Part shown: piece by piece, positions 32,386 through 44,400 of the stretch
Position numbering within the stretch: the first letter of the stretch is position 1
How the letters are laid out: the number at the start of each line of letters is the position of its first letter
Origin: Macrostomum lignano
Lineage: Eukaryota
Length of the DNA: 64,000 bases
Assembly: GCA_002269645.1 (NCBI GenBank)
Contig: NIVC01001230.1
Span: 62,001 to 126,000 of the forward strand
Direction: 5' to 3'
Translations under genes and position numbers: made by a program
The notes under the pieces: model-generated
The model's database searches: none
What the model was told of the DNA's origin: nothing
The model's input: only the letters and a program-made list of their open reading frames with translations

Positions 32386-33220
32386 TGGTAATTGGTAGTG
32401 AAACGATTTGCAATGATATACAGGCGTCCGGGAAAGTTCAGCTGCTGAATTGACACTTTCTGGAAAGTTCAGTAATCGAAGTTATGAGAGGCTTTTTGAA
32501 CATTGACAGATGGCACCAGATGACTATGGACACCCTATCGTGAATTTATCTAGTTAGGCTGATCAAGCCTCGAGGCAAGCTTCAACATATATACATGTAC
32601 AGGTAATGAATCTTCAATTACAGTCTCAAGCAAATATGATGAGGACGCATCTTTTTGCAACCTTAAACCGCACATTTCGCTTCGATGCGCTTTTCCCCTA
32701 CTGTCAGTAGGCTAGCTTAGGAATCTCTCTCCATTCTCTCTTCCAGGCTAAGTTCTACACTAATTTATGCCATCACTATTAATTATGATAAATACTCAAT
32801 GTACTTCTCTTAGGATTCTAATTTTGGATTGTTTACGCATCTTTGAAGGTCAGACTGTCTGGGTTTGAGACGGATTGACCTCTAGCAGTCTAGACAGGCG
32901 ACACTAAGTCTGGGAGGAATGGTTTCAACCCCATTCTGACCCCAGATTTGCGGCTTTTTCACTGTTTTCAGTGATTTATGGCCGTCTAGCTGTCACTTTT
33001 GGCTCCAGCCTGTCTGGGTCAAAGAGGTCTTTCCAGCTTTCCCCACTCGCTCTATTACTTTCTCCTTTAATTTATGGGTGTTTTGCTGTCACTTTTGGCG
33101 CCAGGGTGTCTAGACAAGTTGCTTTTATTATGTTCTGCGCATGATTTATGACTGCACCTGTCATCTTCCCTGGGGTCTGAAGGCCACCTCGTGGGGTGGG
33201 TTTTGGGGTCTTGAGCTCAG

Positions 33221-33354
33221 CCAATCAGAGTCGACCTGACTGCCCCCGGCTCGACCAATCAGAAAATTCGGCGCCTATTTTAACAAAAGCTCTCAGCCAA
33301 TCAGAAAATTCGGCGCGCGTTATAACAAATCGGCCGCATGAGAGCTATAAAAGG
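33221..33354 (+). promoter_or_regulatory. Pol II promoter-like cluster: three CCAATCAG boxes + TATAAAAG
   Basis: CCAAT at 33221, 33255 and 33297 (each CCAATCAG), TATAAAAGG at 33346; no downstream ORF recognised. Confidence 0.6.
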
Positions 33355-36174
33355 CGGCAACTCGACCCGCGCTCGAAAAGGCCTGCTTGGACCTCCCTTC
33401 TTGCACGGTCCTAACCCCGTCTTAGACGGCCCCTTCGGCATCTGCTGCGTCTTCGACGTCTGGTCCCCCTTCCCCCGGCAGCAGCAGCTTCAGCAGCTAA
33501 GTTCCCCCTGAGAAGCATCATCGATATTTCCCGGCAGGGATCTAAGAGCAGCAACGACAACTGGCAGGTGAAGAGTACCGGCGGCACTCGTCAGTTAAGA
33601 TCAGCAGCAGCATCCCATCCAAGCGCTGCGGTCTCTGAGGATTCCTTGGCTACCGGCAGATAGGTCCTCTGATTGGTTTGGTGAGAAGCTTTCTTGACCT
33701 GCTTAACTGGGTGCGCCCTTTGTCTGACCCCTTCCTAGGTAGTCTGATAGGATTTGCACTTTTGCTTACTTGCTTTTGTGTGCCAAACTCGAGGCAGAAG
33801 TGTCATGTCAGTTAATATTAAAAGTAGCCATTCGCTCTAACTCAATCTAAAGTGTCTAGGATTGCGGATTAAGCGAGAAAGTTAAATCTGGAAGTTAAAG
33901 GCTTAATGTTTTCTTTCTTTTTTCGCAATGCCAGCTGAGATGAGTGGTTAGATCTAGGGGCAGAGGTCACAGTGGACCAGAAGCGGCGCAGTTCCCAGTC
34001 AATCAGTCGTTCTCAGAAATATGATAAGCATGCGAATTATTAGTGCCAGACTGGCGCTTTCGCGCGGTCTCTGCAGGCAGCTAAGCGGCTAAAACGAGAT
34101 AAATATTAGTCAGAAGGTCTCCAAAAGTAACAATACATCTACATCATCGCTATCTGTCGACGCGTTAACACATTTAGTGCCAAAAGCGTGTAGTTGCGTG
34201 TACTTATACATGTACTTAGCTGGGAATTTGGTAATGAAATAGTACATTTAGTAGTGTATAGAGGCTCGCCAGCGCAAGAACCCCCTGCAGAAGTCCTCTC
34301 TGTCCCTGCATGGCCAATGCGATCTTAGTCCCAGCAGCGTCCCTTCTATTCGGCTATGACTTCGAGATTTAGACAGCTAAAAGGCACTAGATGGCAGGTA
34401 AATGCAGTGCCCCTCTAGTACGTTGGAAGTCCGATTTCGATAGCTCCGGTATGGTGAGCCGGGGCGCACGGACGGGTGGCAGCGGGTTAGTTAATCTGCG
34501 GATTAGCTAATCTCTACCTTTCAAATTCTCCCTGCTTGTCTCTCGCTGTCTTCTCTTAGCTATAAGGGCCTAGCTGCTCGCCCACAGTCTAGCTACCATA
34601 GGGCTGACCATCTGACAAGAGTGAGAGGCCAGAGTTCTAAGTGATTCATTTCTGAGTTCTGAGGCCCGAAGCTGTAGGCTGAAAAAGGCCGAACCCATCA
34701 AATACATGTATTCTGATTTGTCATTCAAACGCCGTCGCGCCTTCTTCAATGAGTGACACCATGTGATCGATGGACAACCACTTGCAAACTGGACCAACAA
34801 AGTCAAAGCTGATGCATACATATGCGGTCGACGTGCTATTTAAACTTGGAGGCTTCCCAAGCTGGCCGAACGTGTGAACTGTGCTGATTGTGTGATAATA
34901 CATGTAAACTGTACTAGCACTTATGGAAAGTTTCAATGACTTCTGGTAGAATCGTTGAATATCTTAATGGTCCTGAGGGCGGCCGACTCGGTTCTTCTTT
35001 AAGAAGGTGCACAAAAAACTTATATTAGTAGTACGTTCTTAAATTTAGTGCATGGCTTGCTTTGTTCTGGTTCTGGTGGGGGAGTAAAAACTACGTGGGC
35101 AATGCTTAGTATTTCTATTAAAAAACTCGCAATATCTGATTGTAATACAAACCTATTTATTTCGACTAATTTTAGTATTAAAGAGTTTTTATCAAACTTT
35201 CTTATAGTTTACTTTATTGCTTTATTGTTATAGTATTTTAAAAGTCCCACTTTTTTAAACAAAGGTGCGTCGGACGCTAATTCGTATTAAATTACTTACT
35301 CAGCTGCAGGGTTTTTGTGGAGAAAAGACGATCGTGTAACAATCCGAAAGTGTAATCCAGCCAGTACTTTTTGGGTGAAGCTACATCGTAAGTATTATTT
35401 TTGTACTAGTTTGTTAGCAAAATATTTTTAATTTTTTTAAGTTTAAGTTTTAAGTTTTATTTTTAAGCCTATTAAGATATTTGCTTAGCTACGCCTATTA
35501 TAATATAGTACAGATTCTTCAAATACACTTCCGAATGAGAAGCAAGCAACTAAAGATAAACTTCGCATGCTTATACCTCTTTTAGAGGCTTAGTCTAGCC
35601 TCTTTTAGACTATAATTATAAACATAGACATAAAACTAAGCGATATTAAAAGATAAAACTCTGGTCTAGGCCTATCAGCATCTCATCTCTCAAAATATTC
35701 GCTGCCAGCCTCAAGGCATTTTTCCCACTATCGCACAAGTGCATCAATGCTGGCACTGATGCTGCTCCTTGTTATGGCTATCATTCCTTCGCGATAAGCC
35801 TCATTGGACATTGACTTCCTCCTTGCTGCTAAAATGTTAGCCTCGCCCTCACATTGTCTCCTTGATCCTGGAGAAAAGAAAAAAGTCGCATGCTAAGATC
35901 CAGCAAATAAGGTGTGTGTGGAAGAATTTCCTAGCCCCATGAGAAGATGGTTTCAATCCTTTTGCAAAACAACTTTTATCTTCTGCACCAATTGTATTGT
36001 TTGCACTATCAAGGCCTTCTACTTTGAGGTTAATCTTGAATGTCCTCTTTGCCATCAAAAACATTTGCGATCTAGCAGCAAACAGTATCATATGATAGGC
36101 AAGAGTCTGCCATGGCTTGATGCATAATTGTGTGTATCTCTATTAGAGATAGCCTAAGCAAGGTATAGAACTTG

Positions 36175-38498
36175 GAATCCACGTCAAAATAGCCGGCAAT
36201 CTTCAAGTTTCGTTCGTTAAATTATTTTTTCAATGATTTCTGAACTATCTTGCTCTGAGATGATTATTTTCGAGCTCTCCAGTGTACCCAGCCCTTTCCT
36301 AGCTGAGAAAGTAGCAGCTTTGTTAATATTAACCTCTAAGGTACCATAAAGCTGGAAATATAAGATGCAAACAAGCAAAGCTAACATGTAACGCTGAGTA
36401 CAAACAGACAGAAATAGTAACAAAGTGGGGTACAACAGGGGCAGTAGTAGCAGTCCAGTTCAGTAGCAACAGTTTAGCACATAGAACTCAATGCTTAGAC
36501 ATTATAGTAATGTGCAATCTAGTATAAGATGTTCCCAAATGGATTGATAGGGTGCAGACGGCGCCATATGAACTCGCGCCATATGCCATAGTGTATTAGT
36601 CTTATAGTGTATTAGCTGCTTGTCTATTAATGGATATTACTCCATGCCACTCCTAAAGCTGCGTACAGTAGCATCTTTATTCCCCATAAACGTTCTTTGC
36701 TAAAATGCCATGTCAGTGAAAGCCACGTCATTATTACATTACCGTAATATGGGCCATAGACATTCCTTTGCCTACCAACGGCTTTATGGTACCTTAGAGG
36801 TTAATATTAACAAAGCTGCTACTTTCTCAGCTAGGAAAGGGCTGGGTACACTGGAGAGCTCGAAAATAATCATCTCAGAGCAAGATAGTTCAGAAATCAT
36901 TGAAAAAATAATTTAACGAACGAAACTTGAAGATTGCCAAATAGCCATATATGCAAAATGGCCTCACAACAGAACGGCCACACTATCAAAATGGCCACAT
37001 GTCAAAATGGCCACATATACCAAATTTGGATGGCCACACCATCAAAACAACCACACATAACAAATTTTTATAAGGTATGACACAACGTTAGTTTATTTTG
37101 TCATACAATATGCAAATATATTTATATATGTCCAAATATATTTAAATATTTGCTCTTTTGCCACCTTGTCTGCTCACAACTATGCTGAATTTGAGAGCCC
37201 CAAGCAGTGGCAGCTGCTCAAGCAGGAGGTTGCGGACATTTGAAATTAGGATATCAACCTAATTTTACTAATTGAAATTTTACTAATTTTATTTTACTTT
37301 GTGGCTATATTCATTTAAATACATGTACATTTGTTCACATACTTATTCAAAATTGTCCTATGCGTTTCTTATCAAGTTGAATTTCAAATCCGATCTGCAA
37401 TTTCTTACAGTCTATAAACATTGGACTGTAAGCAAGTATCTAATAACTCAAATAACTTGATATATTAGCATAAAGACTTAATTAAATAACTTTAGAAACA
37501 TATTAGAGATTTAGTATATTGTGATTTGCATATTGTATAGCAAAATAAACTAACATTAAACTAACTCAACTCAACTAAACTAACTCACACACATACGCAA
37601 CTTATAAAAATTTGTTATATGTAGGCTCATTCCATATAAGATGGACATATTTGGAAATTAGAAAAAAGTCAATATTTTTGCTTGCCACTGCCTGATTAGC
37701 CAATTTTTTTACCAAATGTTTTTTATGTGTAACATCTACAATCTAAGAATAAATGAATGATAAAATGTTAGATTAGTATGTTATCAAGTGGCAAAAAGTA
37801 ATTTTTGTAAAAATTTGGACAGTTTTTTAAGCAAAAGACATCATTAAGTTTGTGAACCTTTTAAAAACAAATAGAAAGCTTTGGAAGGTTGAAACAAACT
37901 ATAGATAAAAGTATAGTACTTGCATCATCAGATAAAAGTATTGATGAACAAAAAATCAATTATATTTTTAATATATTGGTACCTCTAAGTTACTGAATTG
38001 ACAGAACAAAATATGTTACGACCAGAATGTTACGACCATAAGGCTGCCTTTTCTTTTGTATCTTTGTTGCCTTTTTGAGTTTATATGTTCTACAAAAAGA
38101 GTATGATTTCTAAAGATGTTCTTAGTCAAATTTTAAAAAATTTATTGCAAAATATCAAAAATGAAAAATGTTATAAGACTTTTACCTTTTAGTTTCTATC
38201 TGTCAAAAATCCTGTCGTTACGACCAGAAGTGCCATTCAAGGTTTAATAGCATCTATATTAATGATGATATCTACATGAAACTCTATAAAAATATTCTTG
38301 ACAAAAAAATCTTTCATTTAAAATATTGGTTTAGTGTATTCTATTATTAGATTTCATTTTATAAGTAAAAATAGCCTGTCATGTTACGACCATAATTATA
38401 TGGAATTGCCCTGTAGCCATTTTGACATGTGGCTGTTTTGATAGTGTGGCCATTCCATTGTGAGGCCATTTTGCATATGGCCATTTTGATGTGCACCC
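36175..38498. mobile_element. Non-autonomous TIR element (~2.3 kb including the nested insert) with ~90-bp imperfect TIRs built of CAAAATGGCCAC subrepeats
   Basis: Left arm (36175-36194 + 36947-37020) mirrors 38414-38498. AGAACTT(G) flanks both ends (36167-36174, 38499-38506). AT-rich non-coding interior. Confidence 0.7.
36195..36938. mobile_element. Young 744-bp TIR element with 158-bp apparently perfect inverted repeats and 8-bp TSD
   Basis: 36195-36352 is the reverse complement of 36781-36938. TSD AAATAGCC at 36187-36194 and 36939-36946. Termini GGCAATC.../...GATTGCC. Confidence 0.9.
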
Positions 38499-39677
38499 AG
38501 AACTTGATGATGGTTTTTTGTCTTCTTAAGAGAAACTTTTTTTTGCAAATCAGAAATGTTCATAATAGGACTTGTAAATTTTTGCTATGAAGCTAAGTTA
38601 CACTTATCATGAGGACAAAAAATATAATATTGTAGCCTTTGTATTCTATATTTAATTTGTTAAAGATTAATAATTTCATTTGTCTGCTTATAGTTTGTTT
38701 GCTAAGTAGACAAAACATCTTTTTCTTCTAAAACTATTTATTTGCTAGCAACTTTGCAAGTGGGCATACAGAGTATAGGTGGGTTATTTTTTAAGCCCAT
38801 CAATTGCAAGTGTTAGAAAGTGCTAATAGGCGAGTCAGACTAGTCTATAGGCAACCTAAAAATATTTGTACTTATTGAGAAGCTATCAAATCTAAAGTTT
38901 TTGCATAAAATTGTATCCTTTCTCTTTAAAACCCTTCTCCTATCCCTACTAATAGGGCTACTTAGGAGACTTAATAACATGAACTGCCTTTTTTTCTATT
39001 AGGAAACATGGATATCAATATATTTAGTTATATATCTGCTACTAAGTAAAATGAGACATATTTGGAACTATTTTATCCATAGAGGCTTCTATAGACTCTG
39101 CTTCTTTCTTTGCTTCTTTTAAAACCACAATTTCTTTATTGATACTAATGCGCTATATTGTATTAGCATTGCAACTATAGTTTTAAACATTTGCATTTCA
39201 TAAATTAGATGATACATACAGATTAATGCTATAGATGAGTATGAGTATATAGTACAACATTTTTAAATTTAGAATTAGTCAATTAGTGCAAGCAGTATTT
39301 TTTCCCATAATATTTATATCAGTTTTATCCATAAGACTAATAAATAGATATATTTTCATAGACTTATTATGTGGCCATGCTGATTTTATGGCTCATTTAT
39401 ATTGTTATAAAAATCATTTACTGTTATTATATTATAAGTTGGTTCGATTTTAGTGTGTAATTTGTGTTCTTTGTACAATGCATGGAGCTATAGATGTGCC
39501 TAAGCCTAGCATTAATAAGTTATTTTATAAAAAGATATAACTAATATCAGAGTTGCTCTCAGCTGGGTTTCTTTAACAAAACCAAAACGTCAAGCTCAAA
39601 TTTTGTTGTCTTGTCTCCCGCGCGCCCGCAGGAGGACGTCCGTGTTGTGAACATTTAATTTCGCATTCACCAGCACT

Positions 39678-40602
39678 ATGAGCGACACGGAAGGAGATGT
39701 TGCCGCCGGCGGCCCCATGACCATTGAGACAGCTGTCCAGGAGGTGCTCAAGACGTCCATGGCGCACGACGGTCTAGCCAAGGGCCTGCACGAGGCCACC
39801 AAAGCCTTGGAGAAGCGAGCCGCTCACCTGTGCATTCTGGCCAGCGACTGCGACGAGGCCAACTACAGCAAGCTGGTCGAGGCGCTGTGCACCGAGCACG
39901 GCATCCGCCTGGTGAAGGTGGACCAGGCCAAGCAGCTGGGCGAGTGGGCCGGCCTGTGCAAGATTGACAAGGAGGGCAAGCCGCGCAAGGTCGTCAAGTG
40001 CTCCTGCGTTGTCGTTCGGGTGAGCGCTGTTAAACTTATTTTGTGAGAGTTCAAAAAAATCCATTTGAATACTCCAATATTGCTACTTATCGCATTATGG
40101 AAAGTAGTGTGTAAATTAGGTATCACCCAAATGCATCTTACACATCCCACAATACAAACAAGGAGGGGTTTTTACGCCGCGCAATAGCTGCGGCTGAGCT
40201 GTCGGTTGCACATCTGGCCATTGGGGCAGGTGTAATCAATTATTACATATAATATTACATACAATTACATATGCAACTGCGCATATTAATATACCCATAG
40301 TATAAAAATACCATCTAATTGGAAATTAGGTTAGCTTTGACTTTACCAAAAGTGCAGACCTGGCCCTCGTGACTCATTAGTAGACATTGCATGCCTCTTA
40401 TTTATTTTCAAACGTTTTTCGTTCATCACTTTTCTCGTGTACGCTCTTAATTTTTCTCCTGTTATTCTTAAAAACTACTTTTATATTTGGTTTTTAGGTA
40501 GCACGCATTGCATCTTATAACTATTTTTCTACATTGCAGGATCTGGGCTCCTCCCAGGCCTCGCAGGCTCTGGACTTTCTCTTGAAGGCGGGTGCTGAAT
40601 AA
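39678..40602 (+). CDS. RPS12: 40S ribosomal protein S12; exons 39678-40019 and 40540-40602; 134 aa
   Basis: [52 protein letters not shown]...[28 protein letters not shown], phase-0 GT-AG intron, [20 protein letters not shown]; AATAAA overlaps the stop. Confidence 0.97.
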
Positions 40603-40963
40603 ACTTTATTGATTGCGATGGCCTGACGGATATTGTGTGTCTTCTGTTAGTGACATTGTGTTTGGCCGGCTTAGCAGTGACCTGTTTTCGCCAGCGTTCC
40701 TTTGTCAGGTTGCTCCATCAATTCGCTTCAAGATGCTGCCAGCTGTTATTGGTTTATTCCATTGAATGTTAAGAAAAAATCAACTCTTTATTGAAAATGA
40801 ATCGCAAATAAAAAAGGATTGAGTGGCGACCATGCTGTTAGATGTGGATCGCATTTATTGGACTGGAAATTCTGTCTGTTTGACTTGTGTTCTAATTTCA
40901 ATTTGAGTTTCCAAACAGTGTTTATCATTGATAAAGGGCGAAAATTTCAGGGACTTTGGTTGG

Positions 40964-41195
40964 TCAGGTAGAAACCTTTAAGCACTCTGGTTGCTCAGAG
41001 AGAAACCTTCATGCACTCTGTGGCTGGTCAGGTAGAAACCTTCATGCACTCTGTGGCTGGTCAGGTAGAAACCTTCATGCACTCTGTGGCTGGTCAGGTG
41101 GAAACCTTCATGCACTCTGTGGCTGGTCAGAGAGAAACCTTCATGCACTCTGTGGTTGGTCAGGTGGAAACCTTCACGCACTCTGTGGTTGTCAG
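40964..41195. repeat. 33-bp tandem repeat, ~7 copies
   Basis: Unit GGTCAGGTAGAAACCTTCATGCACTCTGTGGCT between RPS12 and LIG4. Confidence 0.92.
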
Positions 41196-41382
41196 GTCGG
41201 TGAGGCAAAGGTTAGCGACTTTCTGATTAGTCGGTGAGGCAAAGGTTAGCGACTTTCTGATTAGTCGGTGAGGCAAAGGTTAGCGACTCTCTGATTGGTC
41301 GGTGAGGCAAAGGTTAGCGACTCTCTGATTGGTCGGTGAGGCAAAGGTTAGCGACTCTCTGATTGGTCGGTGAGGCAAAGGT
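41196..41382. repeat. 34-bp tandem repeat, 5.5 copies, immediately upstream of the LIG4 ATG
   Basis: Unit GTCGGTGAGGCAAAGGTTAGCGACT(T/C)TCTGATT(A/G); the last three full units give CTGATTGG (reverse CCAATCAG). Confidence 0.92.
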
Positions 41383-41405
41383 CTTCCGTCTTCTTCTCAT
41401 GTTGA

Positions 41406-44400
41406 ATGGCGGCCATGTCGGCGGCAGGCAGCGGCAAATCGCAGTCAGCGGAGGCCTCGGCCGGCTCGCCAACCGTGGCCTCCCGAGTGCCCTTCAACCA
41501 GCTGGCGGGCCTGCTCGAACGGGTCAGCCGGCTCCGTGGGCACAAGGAGAAGCTCGGGCCAATCAAGGAGTTCATGGCTACCTGGAGGCAGCTGCACACT
41601 GAGCTGCACGGTCCAGAGCCGCTGCCCCAGCAGCCCCAGCAGCAGCAAGACTCATTTTATCCAGCCATGCGTCTGCTGTTGCCATTGAGCGATCGCGCCC
41701 GGCCAGCCTACGGCATCAAGGAGTTCATGCTGGCCAAGATCTACATAGAGATTCTCTGCCTCGGCCGGGACAGTCCGGAGGCGAAGAAGCTGCTGAATTA
41801 TAAAAATCCCGGACAGTCGGCCGCCACCACTGGGGATTTCGCGGCTACCGCTTATTTCATATTGCAGCACCGGTGCCCGCGGCAGGGCGCGCTGACTGTG
41901 CAGCAGGTGAGAGCTGCATCTGGCCGGAGACTGGCTGTTCTTACGTTTGGTTGGGTGGTAGACAAGGATTTGATGGCTAGACATTGAGATTTGAAGGATA
42001 GAAATGAGATTTGAAGGATAGAAATGAGATTTGAAGGATAGACATTAAGAGTTAGACGTTAAACATTAGGAGTTGGAGGGTAGACATTAAGAGTTGGAGG
42101 GTGGACATTGAGAATTGGAGGGTAGACCTTGAGAGTTGGAGGGTAGACATTGAGAGGTGGAGGGTAGACATTCAGAGTTGGAGGGTAGACATTCAGAGTT
42201 GGAGGGTGGATATTGAGAATTGGAGGGTAGACATTCAGAGTTGGAGGGTAGACATTGAGAGGTGGAGGGTAGACATTGAGAGGTGGACGGTAGACGTTAA
42301 GAGTTGGAGGGTAGACATTAGGAGTTGGAGGGTAGACATTGAGAGTTGGGGGGTAGACATTAGGTGTTGGAGGGTAGACATTAGGTGTTGGAGGGTAGAC
42401 ATTGAGAGTTGGGGGGTAGACATTAGGAGTTGGAGGGTAGACATTGAGAGTTAGGGGGGTAGACATTAGGAGTTGGAGGGTAGGCATCTAGATTAGATGG
42501 CTCATGGGTGGCGCGTGTGCTTACACGCAGAGCATGCAGCGGAGCCACCCCGCCTGCAGGTGAACAATCACCTGACCGCAATGAGCGCGGCAAATGCGGC
42601 CAACAAACGAGACGAAGTGAAGCGCCAGCTGTTCGCGCTGATCAAGCAGACCACCGCGCTGGAGCAGAAGTGGCTCATCCGCATTGTGCTGCGCGACATT
42701 CGGGCTGGCGTCAGCGAGAAGACGGTGCTGTCCGCCTTCCACCCCGATGCCGAGGCGCTGTACGATGTCACACAGAGTCTGGAGAAGGTGCGCCGCATGT
42801 TTATCATAGGAACCTGGGATTTTTAAACGGATTATCCTGACTCAGGTTTTGAGGTTTTGAAAAGATTATCATTATCTCCAGTAAGATTTTGAATCGGATT
42901 ATCATTATCTCCAGTGAGATTTTGAATTGGATTATCATGATCTCCAGTGAGATTTTGAATTGGATTATCATGATCCTTAGTGAGATTTTGAATTGGATTA
43001 TCATGATCTCCAGTGAGATTTTGAATTGGATTATCATGATCTCCAGTGAAATTTTGAATTGGATTATCATGATCCTTAGTGAGATTTTGAATTGGATTAT
43101 CATGACTCTCAGTGAGATTTTGAATTGGATTATCATGACTCTCAGTGAGATTTTGAATTGGATTATCATGACTCTCAGTGAGATTTTGAATTGGATTAAC
43201 ATGATCTCCAGTGAGATTTTGAATTGGATTATCATGATCTCCAGTGAGATTTTGAATTGGATTATCATGATCTCCAGTGAGATTTTGAATTGGATTATCA
43301 TGATCCTTAGTGAGATTTTGAATTGGATTATCATGATCTCCAGTGAGATTTTGAATTGGATTATCATGATCTCCAGTGAAATTTTGAATTGGATTATCAT
43401 GATCCTTAGTGAGATTTTGAATTGGATTATCATGACTCTCAGTGAGATTTTGAATTGGATTATCATGACTCTCAGTGAGATTTTGAATTGGATTAACATG
43501 ATCTCCAGTGAGATTTTGAATTGGATTATCATGATCCTTAGTGAGATTTTGAATTGGATTATCATGATCTCCAGTGAGATTTTGAATTGGATTATCATGA
43601 TCTCCAGTGAAATTTTGAATTGGATTATCATGATCCTTAGTGAGATTTTGAATTGGATTATCATGACTCTCAGTGAGATTTTGAATTGGATTATCATGAC
43701 TCTCAGTGAGATTTTGAATTGGATTAACATGATCTCCAGTGAGATTTTGAATTGGATTATCATGATCTCCAGTGAGATTTTGAATTGGATTATCATGATC
43801 TTTAGTGAGATTTTGAATTGGATTATCATGACTCTCAGTGAGATTTTGAATTGGATTATCATGACTCTCAGTGAGATTTTGAATTGGATTATCATGACTC
43901 TCAGTGAGATTTTGAATTGGATTATCATGATCTCCAGTGAGATTTTGAATTGGATTATCATGACTCTCAGTGAGATTTTGAATTGGATTATCATGATCTC
44001 CAGTGAGATTTTGAATTGGATTATCATGATCTCCAGTGAGATTTTGAATTGGATTATCATGATCCTTAGTGAGATTTTGAATTGGATTATCATGATTCTC
44101 AGTGAGATTTTGAATTGGATTATCATCACCATCTTCCACCTGTCCCAGGTGTGCACCAGCCTGCACTATCCAGGCGTCCGTCTGCACGAAATCGGCGTCG
44201 CCCTGAACACGCCGTTCCGGCCGATGCTGGGCGAGGCGGCGAGCGTCCTGCAGCTGGGCGAACTGTTCGCCGGCCGGCCATTCCTGCTCGAAGTGAAGTT
44301 TGATGGCGAGCGAATGCAGCTGCACAAGTCGGGCAGCGGCTACAGGTACTGGTCGCGCAGCGGCCTGGAGTGGACGGCCACCTACGGAGCGGCTCCCGAC

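Noticed and set aside
36217-36916. Two ORFs with an identical 45-aa C-terminus on opposite strands
   Set aside because: A by-product of the 158-bp inverted repeat, not a gene pair.
40602-41406. RPS12-LIG4 operon resolved by SL trans-splicing
   Set aside because: The 800-bp spacing is suggestive, but no clear outron acceptor precedes the LIG4 ATG and promoter-like CCAAT repeats are present; no SL RNA gene was recognised in the window.
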